DNA from: Eledone cirrhosa
Taxonomy: Eukaryota
DNA length: 64,000 nucleotides
Direction: 5' to 3'
NCBI GenBank assembly: GCA_964016885.1
Contig: OZ024744.1
Span: forward strand, 91,140,001 to 91,204,000
Shown here: positions 35,870 to 47,880 of the stretch, piece by piece
Numbering within the stretch: position 1 is the first letter of the stretch
Layout of the letters: each line of letters opens with the position of its first letter
Notes under the pieces: generated by a model
The model's input: the letters and a program-made list of their open reading frames with translations, nothing else
Told to the model about the DNA's origin: nothing
Databases searched by the model: none
Program-made: the position numbers and the translations under genes

Positions 35870-38800
35870 TTCCCTCCCCCCCACCCCCACACACCACCAT
35901 AGTCTATTCGACCAATCAAACCTAGCATGCCATTTCCACTGCTGCTGCTACTACCTGCCTAACTAACTCTCTCCTCCTCTGGCGCATCCCAACACACCCT
36001 GCCATTACCCCACCACCACTGTTCTTCTAGCCCTCAATTTTCCCACCGTTATGGATGGATGAGCTGAGAATACATTTGAGCAACTCTGAATCAATAGATG
36101 AAATATGAATCTGCGAGCTACCAAGCACCCACGTGAAGCGCCAACCCAGAGACCCTCCCCTACGAGTGTCGACAAATGCCCAAAACTCCGAGTTGGTACC
36201 ATCAATGTAGGCTCAATGAAAGGAAGAGCAGGAGAAATCGTAGAAATGCTAGAGCGAAAGGAAGTTGATGTATGCTGTGTGCAAGAGACTAGATGGAGAG
36301 GAGGGTCTGCTAGAGTCCTTGTAGGAAAAAGCCAGTGCTACAAATTTTTCTGGGTGGGAAATGACGATGGGATGGGTGGTGTAGGTATACTATTAGCTGA
36401 CAAGTGGGTAGATAAAGTAATCTCAGTGTACAGGGTAAATGCAAGAATCATTAAACTCAGACTAGTCCTGAATAAGACAATTACCACAATAATATCAGCT
36501 TACGCACCCCAATCGGGGCTGCCAGACGAACTTAAGGATAGGTTTTACGAGTCCCTAATACACACTACTGCTCTAACAGACGACAAGGACTTCCTAATCA
36601 TTGCAGGAGATTTTAACGGACACGTAGGTAAACACTGCGACGGCTTCAATAGAGTACATGGAGGCCATGGAGTTGGCACATGGAATGAGGAAGGATTCAG
36701 ACTTCTAGAATTCTGCGACGCCAATGACATGTCGATATGTAACACAAACTTTAAAAAACCCGACAACCACCTGATCACCTATAGATCAGGGGAGCACTCT
36801 AGTCAGTTAGATTTTATCCTCATCAGAGGACGTGACAGATGGACGGTCGTAAACACAAAAGCCTTCCCTAGTGAGGAATGTACATCCCAACATAGCTTAG
36901 TTGTCAGCGACCTCATGGTCAGAACTAGACGAACCCGGAAACAGAGGCCAACCTGGAGAAGAAAGATCTGGAAGTTGAAAGTCCCCTCAACCAGTAACAG
37001 ATTTAAAGATATTTTACTCAACACCTACGACAGTAAAGAAGAACAGATAGAGACATTTAACGTAGAAGAGAACTGGGAGTTCCTAAAAAATAACTTACTA
37101 GAGGCGACGGATGAGGTTTGTGGCTGGAGTAAGACCTCAAGCAGGAGGAGAGTGACTTGGTGGTGGAACAATAAGGTAGATGAAGCAGTCAAGGCCAAGA
37201 GACAGGCATGGAAAGAATGGAAGAATGGGGGGAGCAGGGTACATTACATAGAGACCAAGAGGGAAGCTAGGCGACAAGTATACTTAGCTAGGAGGGAAGC
37301 AGAGGATAGAAAATTCAAGCATGTTTTACAACGTGAGGACCAGAAACAGGAGGTATTCAAGATTGCGAGGCAGTGTGTCAGAGATAGTTGTGATGTCATT
37401 GGAGAGAAGTGTATCCGGAATGATAAAGGTGAGCTTGCCCTCACAAGTGCTGAGAAGAAAGATGCATGGAAGAGTCATTATGATAGATTACTAAATGAGG
37501 AGAATGCATGGGAAGAAGAGACCCTACCCCATGTAGACCCTATAGAGGGACCAGCAGTACAAGTCAGCGGCAGAGTAGTAAGTAAGGCAATCAGCAGTAC
37601 AAGTCAGCGGCAGAGTAGTAAGTAAGGCAATCAGAGATATGAAGATGGGGAAGGCAACCGGTCCATCGGGTATAGCTGCCGAGATGCTGAAGGCATCTGG
37701 GTCTGTAGGTCACACTATAACCACACGTATCGTTAACCAGGTAATACTAGAAGGGGCCATACCAAAAGATTGGTGCAGTAGCATCATTGTCAACTGCTAC
37801 AAAGGTAAAGGCGATGCACTAGATAGAGGAAACTATAGAGGTATAAAGTTGATGGACCAGGTCATGAAAGTAACAGAAAGAGTTATAGCACAGCTGATTA
37901 GGGACCGGGTGAATATAGACGAGATGCAATTTGGGTTTGTACCAGGGAGAGGCACCACTGATGCCCTCTTCCTTGTGAGGCAATTACAGGAAAAGTACCT
38001 AGCGAAAAGTAAGCCACTCTACTTGGCATTTGTCGACCTTGAGAAAGCCTTTGACAGAGTTCCACGTGCAGTAATCTGGTGGGCTCTTAGAAAACTAGGA
38101 GTAGATGAATGGCTTGTGAAAGCGGTACAAGCCATGTATAGGGGAGCAGTCAGCAAAGTTAAGATTAGCAATGAGTATAGCGAGGAATTTAGCGTACAGG
38201 TTGGGGTCCACCAGGGCTCTGTTCTTAGCCTTCTCCTGTTCACCATTGTCCTGCAGGCAATAACGGAGGAGTTTAAGACAGGATGCCCATGGGAACTCCT
38301 GTATGCTGATGACCTCGCACTCATAGCTGAATCTATGGTAGAACTAGAGAATAAATTCCAAACCTGGAAGCAGGGACTAGAGAGAAAGGGCCTCAAAGTC
38401 AACATGACAAAGACTAAAGTCCTTGTAAGTAGACGAGAAAACAGAACCCAGATCCCCTCAGGGAAATGGCCTTGCTCAGTATGTAGGAAAGGTGTAGGTA
38501 GGAACTTCATTCTCTGCCCCAAATGCAAACAATGGGTACACAAGAGATGTAGCGGGATCTCAGGAAGCTTAATTAAGAATGTAGGATTCACATGCAGCAG
38601 CTGTGCTGAAACAGCAAGCAAACAGCCACAGGAAACAAGTACCACCAATCTCTGGGAGGGCCCTGTAGAAACAGTAGACAGCTTCTGCTACCTAGGTGAC
38701 CGAATTAGCAATGGAGGTGGGTGCTCAGAAAGTACAATAACTAGGGTAAGAACGAGATGGAAGAAGTTTAGGGAACTACTACCACTGCTAGCTGCAAAAG

Positions 38801-39571
38801 GCTTCTCCCTCAGAATGAAAGGCAGACTGTATGATGCGTGTATCCGAACAGCGATGTTGCATGGTAGTGAGACCTGGGCGCTGAAGGTGGAAGACTTACG
38901 TAGATTAGAGAGAAACGAAGCCTGCATGCTCCGATCGATGTGTAACAGTAATATACGTGAACGACAAAGCATAAAGGAATTGAGAGAGAGACTGAGCATA
39001 AGAGGAATCAAATGCTGCGTGCAGGAGAGGCGGTTACGCTGGTATGGACATGTGATGCGTATGAAGGATGACAGCTGCATAAAAAGGTGCAGAGCACTAG
39101 AAGTTGATGGAAACCGCGGAGTGGGGAGACCCAAGATGACTTGGGATGAGGTGATAAAAGCCGACCTTACCCAACTACACCTCTCAAAGACAATGACACA
39201 CGACCGTGACTTCTGGCGTCACGCAGTAATACAGGGTACCCGACCTCCCATGGGTACATGCTGAAGCATATAAACAATATGCCCCCACTCCCCCCACCGC
39301 AAGGTGGTCGTGGAGGTGCCACGGCAAAAAAGCACCCAACCCACACTGTAAAGTGGACGTGTAGGCGCCACGAAAAAGCACCCAGCACTCACTGTAAATG
39401 AGGTTGGTGTTAGGAAGGGCATCCAGCTGTAGAAATCAAGCCAGATCAGTTCCTGTATGAGCAAGGCATGGTCAGCCGACCAGACACTGCCCACAACAGG
39501 ACAACCCGTCTAACCCATGCTAGCGTGGAAGAACGGACGTAAAACGGTGATGATGATGATGATGATGATGA
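35870..39571 (+). mobile_element. RTE-clade LINE copy B, near full length, single frameshift lesion
   Basis: ORF 36105-37625 (APE endonuclease) and ORF 37639-39264 (RT: QFGF, DLEKAFD, GVHQGS, YADD). 3'UTR has 48-bp units and a (GAT)n tail. Confidence 0.96.
36105..39264 (+). pseudogene. RTE endonuclease-reverse transcriptase ORF interrupted by a 40-bp tandem duplication (1039 aa if repaired)
   Basis: 37552-37591 is repeated exactly at 37592-37631. Removing 40 nt puts both ORFs in one frame (3120 nt). Confidence 0.9.
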
Positions 39572-40852
39572 TACTATACTTAGCCTTTGTTGACCTAGAG
39601 AAGGCCTTTGATAGGGTACCCCGATCTGTCATCTGGTGGTCCCTAAGGAAACTAGGTGTTGAGGAATGGCTTGTGAGGACAGTGCAAACTTTGTACAGAG
39701 GTACTGTCAGTAAAGTCAGAGTAGGAATGGAGTTTAGTGAGGAATTCCAGATACAAGTAGGAGTACATCAGGGTTCGGTCCTCAGCCCGCTCTTGTTCAT
39801 TATAGTCCTCCAAGCCATAACAGAGGAGTTTAAGACTGGCTGTCCATGGGAACTTCTCTATGCTGACGATCTGGTTCTTATAGCAGAATCAGTAGAGGAG
39901 CTAGAGAATAAATTCTGGCTATGGAAACAGCAGTTGGAAGCAAGAGGACTGAGAGTGAAACTAGCTAAGACAAAAGTGTTGATGAGTAGAAAAGAGGACA
40001 AAACTCTGATTCCGTCAGGGAAATGGCCATGTTCGATATGCAGAAAAGGAACTGGCATAAATTCTATAAAATGCACACAATGCAGATCCTGGGTACACAA
40101 GAGTTGTAGCGGGATAGCAGGCAAACTAACAGGTAGGGAGAAATATGTATGCAGTAGATGTACAGGGAAATTAGACAGTAGAAGTCGCATTGATAGACAC
40201 ATTTTTCAAATGCAGGAGGCCGCTATAGAAGTGGTGGATAGCTTCCGGTACCTAGGAGATCAGATTAGCATGGGAGGAGGGTGTTCCGAGGCGATAGTAT
40301 CTAGAATAAGGACGGGTTGGAAGAAGTTTAGGGGGCTGCTTCCTCTGTTGATGAAGAAGGGTTTCTTTCTGCGTACGAAAGGCCGGTTGTTTGATGCCTG
40401 TGTGAGGAGCGCGATGCTGCATGGTAGTGAGACATGGGCAGCTACCGCAGAAGATATGCGACGGCTGGAGAGAAATGAGGCAAGCATGCTCCGTTGGATG
40501 TGCAGTGTAAATGTGCGTGAATGACCCAGCATAAATGTGTTGAGAGAAACTGTGTCTGAGAGGGATAGAATGTAGTGTACGGGAGAGGAGACTGAGGTGG
40601 TATGGACATGTGATGCGCATGGAGGATGACCGATGGGTGAAGAAGTGCCAGGAAATGCCAGTTGAAGGAAGACGTGGTAGAGGTAGACCACAAAAAACAT
40701 GGGCGGAGGTGGTGAGAACAGACCTCAGATCATTGAAGCTCACGGTGGAGATGACGAAGGACCGTGACGAGTGGAGAGGTGCTGAATAAGACCTGTCCCA
40801 CCCTTGCAAGCAGGGAAAAGCGGACGTAAAATGATGATGATGATGATGATGA
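39572..40852 (+). mobile_element. RTE-clade LINE copy C, 5'-truncated, different subfamily
   Basis: RT from LYLAFVDLEKAFD through YADD to the C-terminus. Short 3'UTR ending cccacccttgcaagcagggaaaagcggacgtaaaa(TGA)n. Confidence 0.92.
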
Positions 40853-41035
40853 TATATCTTTATTAACTTTATTATATAGAAACTACGTAATATGACAGCT
40901 GTGGCTTGATAATGTCAGTCTTCCCCATTTGGTGGCTGTTGCGGTCTGGTTACATATGAAGCAAAATTCTTAAGCACACAGCTATGCCTGTACTTGTTGT
41001 TAAGTTTAGTAGATTTTTAGATATTTTTTACATAC

Positions 41036-41197
41036 CTTTACTCCCATCCTCTTCAAATCTTGAATAGTTAATGGAGGGAAGTAGCGAAGCCAGTAAGCAG
41101 AATCAGCAAACTTGATAATCTCTTCATCATCCAGTCCCATAGCACCCATAATTTGCCACTGGTATTTCAAACCTGCACTTTTAGCAATTAATTTACT
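41036..41197 (-). CDS. LARS1: LARS1 coding exon 5 ([54 protein letters not shown])
   Basis: ttcAG / GTATGT boundaries, 162 nt, phase 0-0. Conserved KYQW and YFPPL. Confidence 0.96.
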
Positions 41198-41829
41198 CTG
41201 AAATTAAATAAAATAAAAAAATTGTTTATATTTTGGGGGGGAAAATATGAAAATTATATACAAAATCAAAAGATAATTTGTTAATATAGCATTGGTATCA
41301 AATTTCACTTCTAGCATTTAATTTATTTTGAAATAAAATTTAAAAAATTTTATAAAAATATTTTATAGAAAAATGTAAAAATTATATACAATATTATATA
41401 ACTTTTAAGAGTTGCTCAGAGCTGTAGTAGATTTCACTGGTTGGTACTGGATGGTCCTTTGTGATGTCCCCATGTGTCTCAGTGTGTGTTTACCATGCCA
41501 CTCAGCAAACTGATGACACACAATGTATGCTCATTCAAGCTGAGCACCTAGTCTCTCTCAGTTTGAAGACCGACCTGGGAGGTGAAAAGCCACATCCTAC
41601 ACGAGGTTCCTCTGATATGGCAATCATAGGATAGTCTAGCAGAACAGGTCAGATCTAGAGGAGTAAGCCACGATAAAAATCCTGCTTGTCTCATTTTAAG
41701 CAGTAGCTCATGTGATGATCATCAGTTTAATTAGATGACCTCGGGGTCATGAACACCAGTGGCTTCACAGATGATCGACTGAGTATTGATTCAACAATGT
41801 ATTTACTTGAGAGAAGATATCTGTTTACT

Positions 41830-42425
41830 TGAAAGAAGATTACAGCTGTATAAAAAAGTGCAGGGCGATCAAAATTGATGGTAGTTACAGAGTAGGTAAA
41901 CCCAGAAAAACCTGGGATGACATAAAATCCGACCTTGCACACTTACACCTCTCTAAGACAATGTCACTGGATCGAGATCTTTGGCGCTACGCAGTAACAC
42001 AGGAGACCCACCTTCCCTACGTACAAAGTTAACCTACAGTCAGTAGGCCCCCTCCTAACCAAATATACACCTCAACCCACTACTCCTACCCCATCTTCCC
42101 ACTCCTACCAACACCACCACCACCATTTCTCTATAAAGTTATGTTAGTACCACAGAACCTCCAGTAAAGAGGTTGTGTAGGTGTCATGACAAAAAAAGCA
42201 CCCAGTCCACACTGTATAGTGGTCGTGTAGGAGACATGGTAAAAAGGCTCCCAGTCTACACTGTAAATGTGGTTGGTGTTAGGAATGGCATCCAGCCGTA
42301 GAAAACCTGCCAGAAACAGTCCTCTATGAGCAAGACACGGTCACCCAATCAATCTTGCCTCAAGTGGGACAATTCCCATCTAACCCATGCTAGCGTGGAA
42401 GATAGACGTAAAATAATGATGATGT
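41830..42425 (+). mobile_element. RTE (A-type) 3' fragment
   Basis: SCIKKCRAIKIDGSY..GKPRKTWDD..DRDLWRYAV followed by 3'UTR and tail. Confidence 0.88.
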
Positions 42426-43144
42426 TGACACAACTGCTCCAGGTAGCAGAAAAATCTATGAGTTTGCAGGTGTGGTGAGCCGCATATATTCTAGCCATTA
42501 GAAAAAGCAAAATGAATACGCTTCCCCTTTCGAAAGAGGGATGACTCAAGAAGATATGAAACTCATTAATTTGAATATGAAATAAATTAACATTAATATC
42601 ATCATCATCATATTTTATATCCATTATTCCTTGCTGGAAAGTGTTGGATGGTACACTTATGGCCAGATGCACCTACTGAAAACTACATTTTTAGTCACCT
42701 CCCACTATAATCAGGATATTGTGTTCAATAACCGTTGCCAACATAGTTTTCCCTAAATGGTACAAATGTGACATCACGATAAATTGCACCTTGCTGGTGA
42801 CATGATAAAATGCATCTGGACCACTCTGTAAAATGGCAGTGCCAGTATCACAAATTGCACTCAGTAAAGAGGCAGTGCTGCAAACGGCCCACACTGTAAA
42901 GTGGTAGAGCTGGCTCCACAATAAAAAGCACCCACCCCACTCTGTACAGTAGTAGTGCTGGTGTTACAAAGAGGTCTTCACCCAGCTCACTCTGTAAAGA
43001 GGGTGGACTGGGTGCATGTTTTTTTATCATGGTACCAACACAAATACTTTACAGGACGGACTGGGCATTTTTTGTGTGTCCCCAATGCAACCACCTTACA
43101 TATTAGACAGGGCCCTTCTTTCAGGTCACCAAAATGGTTGGATG

Positions 43145-44828
43145 TTTTAGTTACAACACAGTCTCAGATCAAGTCACTCACCAGACATGTACAACTGTAG
43201 CTAAAATGACTTCTATGATGTAATTGTTTTAGTTTTAACACAGTCTCAGATCAAGTCACTCACCAGACATGTACAACTGTGGCTAAAATGACTTCTACGA
43301 TGTAATTGTTTTAGTTACAACAGTCTCAGATCAAGACACTCACCAGACATGTACAACTGTAGCTAAAATGACTCTTCCATGATGTAATTGTTTTAGTAAC
43401 AATAGTCTCAGATCAAGTCACTTGCCAGACATGTACAACTGTAGCTAAAATGACTTCCATGATGTAATTGTTTTAGTTTCAACACAGTCTCAGATCAAGT
43501 CACTCACCAGACATGTACAACTGTGGCTAAATTGACTCCCATAATGTAATTGTTTTAGTTACAACACAGTCTCAGATAAAGTCACTTGCCAGACATGTAC
43601 AACTGTAGCTAAAATGACTCCCATGATGTAATTGTTTTAGTTTCAATAGTCTCAGATCAAGTCACTTGCCAGACATGTACAACTGTAGCTAAAATGACTT
43701 CCATGATGTAATTGTTTTAGTTGCAACACAGTCTGAGATCAAGTCACTCACCAGACATGTACAACTGTAGCTAAAATGACTTCCATGATGTAATTGTTTT
43801 AGTTTCAATAGTCTCAGATCAAGTCACTTGCCAGACATGTACAACTGTAGCTAAAATGACTTCCATGATGTAATTGTTTTAGTTGCAACACAGTCTGAGA
43901 TCAAGTCACTCACCAGACATGTACAACTGTAGCTAAAATGACTCCCATGATGTAATTGTTTTAGTTTCAATAGTCTCAGATCAAGTCACTTGCCAGACAT
44001 GTACAACTGTAGCTAAAATGACTTCCATGATGTAATTGTTTTAGTTTCAACACAGTCTCAGACCAAGTCACTCACCAGACATGTACAACTGTAGCTAAAA
44101 TGACTTCCATGATGTAATTGTTTTAGTTTCAACACAGTCTCAGACCAAGTCACTCACCAGACATGTACAACTGTAGCTAAAATGACTTCCATGATGTAAT
44201 TGTTTTAGTTTCAACACAGTCTCAGATCAAGTCACTTGCCAGACATGTACAACTGTAGCTAAAATGACTCTTCCATGATGTAATTGTTTTAGTTTCAACA
44301 CAGTCTCAGATCAAGTCACTCACCAGACATGTACAACTGTGGCTAAAATGACTTCCATGATGTAATTGTTTTAGTTTCAACAGTCTCAGATCAAGTCACT
44401 CTCCAGATATGTACAACTGTGGCTAAAATGACTTCCATGATGTAATTGTTTTAGTTTTAACACAGTCTCAGATCAAGTCACTCACCAGACATGTACAACT
44501 GTGGCTAAAATGACTTCCATGATGTAATTGTTTTAGTTTCAACACAGTCTCAGATCAAGTCACTCACCAGACATGTACAACTGCGGCTAAAATGACTCTT
44601 CCATGGTGTAATTGTTTTAGTTACAACACAGTCTCAGATCAAGTCACTTGCCAGACATGTACAACTGTAGCTAAAATGACTTCCTTGATGTAATTGTTTT
44701 AGTTTCAACACAGTCTCAGATCAAGTCACTCTCCAGATATGTACAACTGTGGCTAAAATGACTTCCATGATGTAATTGTTTTAGTTTCAATAGTCTCAGA
44801 TCAAGTCACTTGCCAGACATGTACAACA
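43145..44828. repeat. 80-84 bp minisatellite, about 20 units
   Basis: Unit ttttagtttcaacacagtctcagatcaagtcactcaccagacatgtacaactgtagctaaaatgacttccatgatgtaattg. Confidence 0.96.
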
Positions 44829-44949
44829 CACAATTCACCATACAGGGTGGATGATTTTTTTTTTTATCATGACATCAGCATTAAGGGTGTTTTGATCAAA
44901 TCAAACAAATAGATAATATCTGAAACTGTGAAGAGAAAGCAGACTTTAC

Positions 44950-45078
44950 CTTTTTTCCTTTAGATTTATCAGCTGTTACTGGTGAAGTATCTTTAACTTC
45001 TTCAACATCTTCTTCTGCAGGAAAATTAGGTGGGTTACCATACAATTCTATTTCTCTCTTCAGTTTATCTGCACAAGC
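44950..45078 (-). CDS. LARS1: LARS1 coding exon 4 ([43 protein letters not shown])
   Basis: ttAG / GTAAAG boundaries, 129 nt, phase 0-0. Confidence 0.96.
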
Positions 45079-46621
45079 CTAAGAAGAAAATATAATTTTT
45101 TAAATATATAAAACAGCAGCTAGTCATCATCATCACCATTTAACGTCCATGTTTCCACGCTGGCATGGGTTAGACGAGTTATCCTGTTGTGAGAAATGCC
45201 ATGTCAGGTGACCAAGTCTTGCTCATACAAAACTGATTTTGACTTGGTTTTTGCAGCTGGATGCCTTTCCTAGAGCCAACCTCATTTAGAGTGAGTACTG
45301 GGTGCTTTTTGACATGACACCAACATAACCACTTTACAGAGTGGGCTGGGTGCTTTTTATCATGACACCTACACTACTTACACGACTACTTTACAGTGTG
45401 GGCTGGGTGCTTTTTATCATGACACCTACACTACCACCTTACAGTGTGAGCTGGGCGCTTTTTGTTGTGTCACCATCACCTCTTATGCCTACTTTCTCTC
45501 TCAGTATGTTTATGCTTTGCAGTAAAGTTTAGAATAAGAATTTGGAAAAATTACAGAATTTTAGGCAGACAGTGAATTGGTAGAGTTATTAGAGCACCAG
45601 ATTAAATGTTTTTGATATTTGTTCTGGCTCTCTGTGTTCTGAGTTCAAATCCCACTGATGTCAACTTTGCCTTTTATCCTTTCAGGGTTTCTTCTTCGTC
45701 CACTTATTTCTGAGAGAGCCATCGAAGCAGAATCTATTGCAAGGGTTAGTCCCAGCTGCTGCTGGTATTCATTTTTTTTTTGTTGTTGTTTTTTTACCAG
45801 CTGAATGGAATGAAGCAACATGAAAAAAAGTGTCTTGCTTAAAAACACAATGTTCTGCTTGATCCAGGAATCGAACTCACAACCTTATGAGTCCAATATC
45901 CTAACCACACAACCATGCCTGTGCCTAGTAAATGAATAAATAATAACTTCTAAGCTACAAGTTTAAAATCTTCTAAATAGATGGAATTATGTACACAAAA
46001 CTCCTTAACCTAGAGGTTAATTCACTCCCACAGCATCGGAGAGCTGTAAGCTTCAATTCTTTGCAGACACCTCTGTTCACTTTCTTTGTTTCCAGAGGTA
46101 CTTTACACAATTTTATCATCTATTATTTATAGTGATTGACTATTGTTATGATCATTTGCAATGGGAGGCACACACATAGAATGTTTCACCCTCAAATAGA
46201 TTATGTTTTAAAAAATTGTAAAAACATTCCTGTTTTTTTTTTGTTTTGTTTTTTTGCGAATTTAAACAAGATCTCATTTGCTTACTGAGTAGAGTGGAAC
46301 TTGTCATATTGGACCAAGGAAACAATGTTTCCATTGGTCTTTCCAATTGCTAATACCATCTACCAGTTTTAACTCCTGGCAGAAAGAGCAACAAGAAATA
46401 AAGTGTCTTGCTCAAGGACACAACACATTGCCTGATCTGGGAATCAAACTCACAACCTCACTATTGTCAATCAAACTCACTAACCACTAAGCCTTGTGCC
46501 TTAACTAACATTTTAATTGGATTAAACTTATTATTTATTTTAATTATAAAACAGTATATAAATATCATGTAGAAGGTAAAATTAACATAAAGATGTGCTC
46601 GTGTGTGGAGATGCTTTAAAA

Positions 46622-46834
46622 TACAGTATATACTTGAATATAAACTATCCGAATATAAGCCAACCCTTACTGTTTTATGTCTGAGAAATGGGGGGGAAAT
46701 TAAAACCCCATTTATAAGCCAAGGCAGCTAATCAACACGTTATGTTTAGATGGCATATATATAAGCCGATCCCCCATTTTACCATTGATTTTTTGGTCAC
46801 ATATTCCTCGGTTTATATTTGAGTATTATATGGT
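46622..46834. mobile_element. pogo/Tc-like MITE (TACCGTATATACTC..ATAAGCCG type); relatives near 26050-26610, 53710-53900 and 54875-54985
   Basis: Repeated tatataagccgaccc motifs and a degenerate inverted end. Confidence 0.5.
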
Positions 46835-46994
46835 GGCTTATAAAATTGGGTGAAAACCTTTAAAAGATGTGAAAAGAATTTTACATCAGCTGCTATGAGG
46901 AAGTGAACCCCAATATCTTCTAGATAATTTATATTAGCTGTATATTGATTACGTATATTCTAAAATATGAAATATTTCTTTAAATATGGTTTAC

Positions 46995-47075
46995 CTTTAT
47001 GGGCATTCCAGTACAGTGAAGTCCAAATGGAAATAGACATTGCTTTCCTTTCAGTCTCCAAAAGCCAACTGCAAA
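46995..47075 (-). CDS. LARS1: LARS1 coding exon 3 ([27 protein letters not shown])
   Basis: ttcAG / GTAAAC boundaries, 81 nt, phase 0-0. Conserved [12 protein letters not shown]. Confidence 0.97.
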
Positions 47076-47374
47076 CTGAAAAATGAAATAGAAATTAGGA
47101 GAAAAATAAAAGTTGTTATTTTTGTATGCTATGTCTCATAATCAACATCACTCTGTTTTTACATCTATTTTCCATGCTGACATGTTTAAGATGTGTTTGT
47201 CATGTTCTGAGAGATTTGAGAGGTCAGATGATCATGCCTAACTCATATGTTCCATTTTGGCAAGCCTTCTTAACACCAACCATTTTACAACATGTACAAG
47301 GTGCATTTCTATTGCACCAACTACACATACCAGCTTTTGTTACCAAGGTGATCTAGTTAGCAGTGGAGGAGGAT

Positions 47375-47880
47375 GCACTGAAAGAATGATAGCCAAAATC
47401 AGAACAAGCTAGAATAAGTTTAGAGAGCTGATAACTCCGCTGACAACAAAGAGCTTCTCTCTCAGAGCAAAGGGTAGACTGTATGATGCCTACATGTGAA
47501 CTACAATGCTACATGGCAGTGGAACATGGGCTTTAACTGCAGAAGACCTACAGAGGTTGGAAAGAAATGAAGCAGGTATACTCCAATGGATGTGTAATGT
47601 TAGTGTGGATGAGCAACATAACATAAGCAAACTGAGGGAAAAATTCAACATAAGAGGAATTGGATGTAGTGTGCAAGAGAGAAGACTGTGCTGGTATGGA
47701 CATGTGATGCACAGGGAAGATAACAGCTGCATAAAGAAATACAGTGGCTGGTAAGAGGCAGACCAAGGAAGACTTGGAATGAGGTTGTGAAGACTGACCT
47801 TAAGTAACTAAGTCTCACAGCTGAGATAACAAAGATTTGAGAGTGCTGTCACTATCCTGTAATGATGAAGTCTTGGACAA
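47375..47880 (+). mobile_element. Older RTE ORF 3' fragment
   Basis: MLHGSGTWALTAEDLQRLERNEA...RRLCWYGHVM. Confidence 0.8.

Noticed and set aside
38019-39134. 209-aa and 148-aa minus-strand ORFs
   Set aside because: Antisense shadows of the RTE RT ORF with no independent motifs.
41710-41785. Box C (GTGATGA) ... box D (CTGA) snoRNA-like spacing
   Set aside because: It lies on the + strand, antisense to the host transcript, has a weak terminal stem and no recognisable rRNA guide. TGATGA is very common here.
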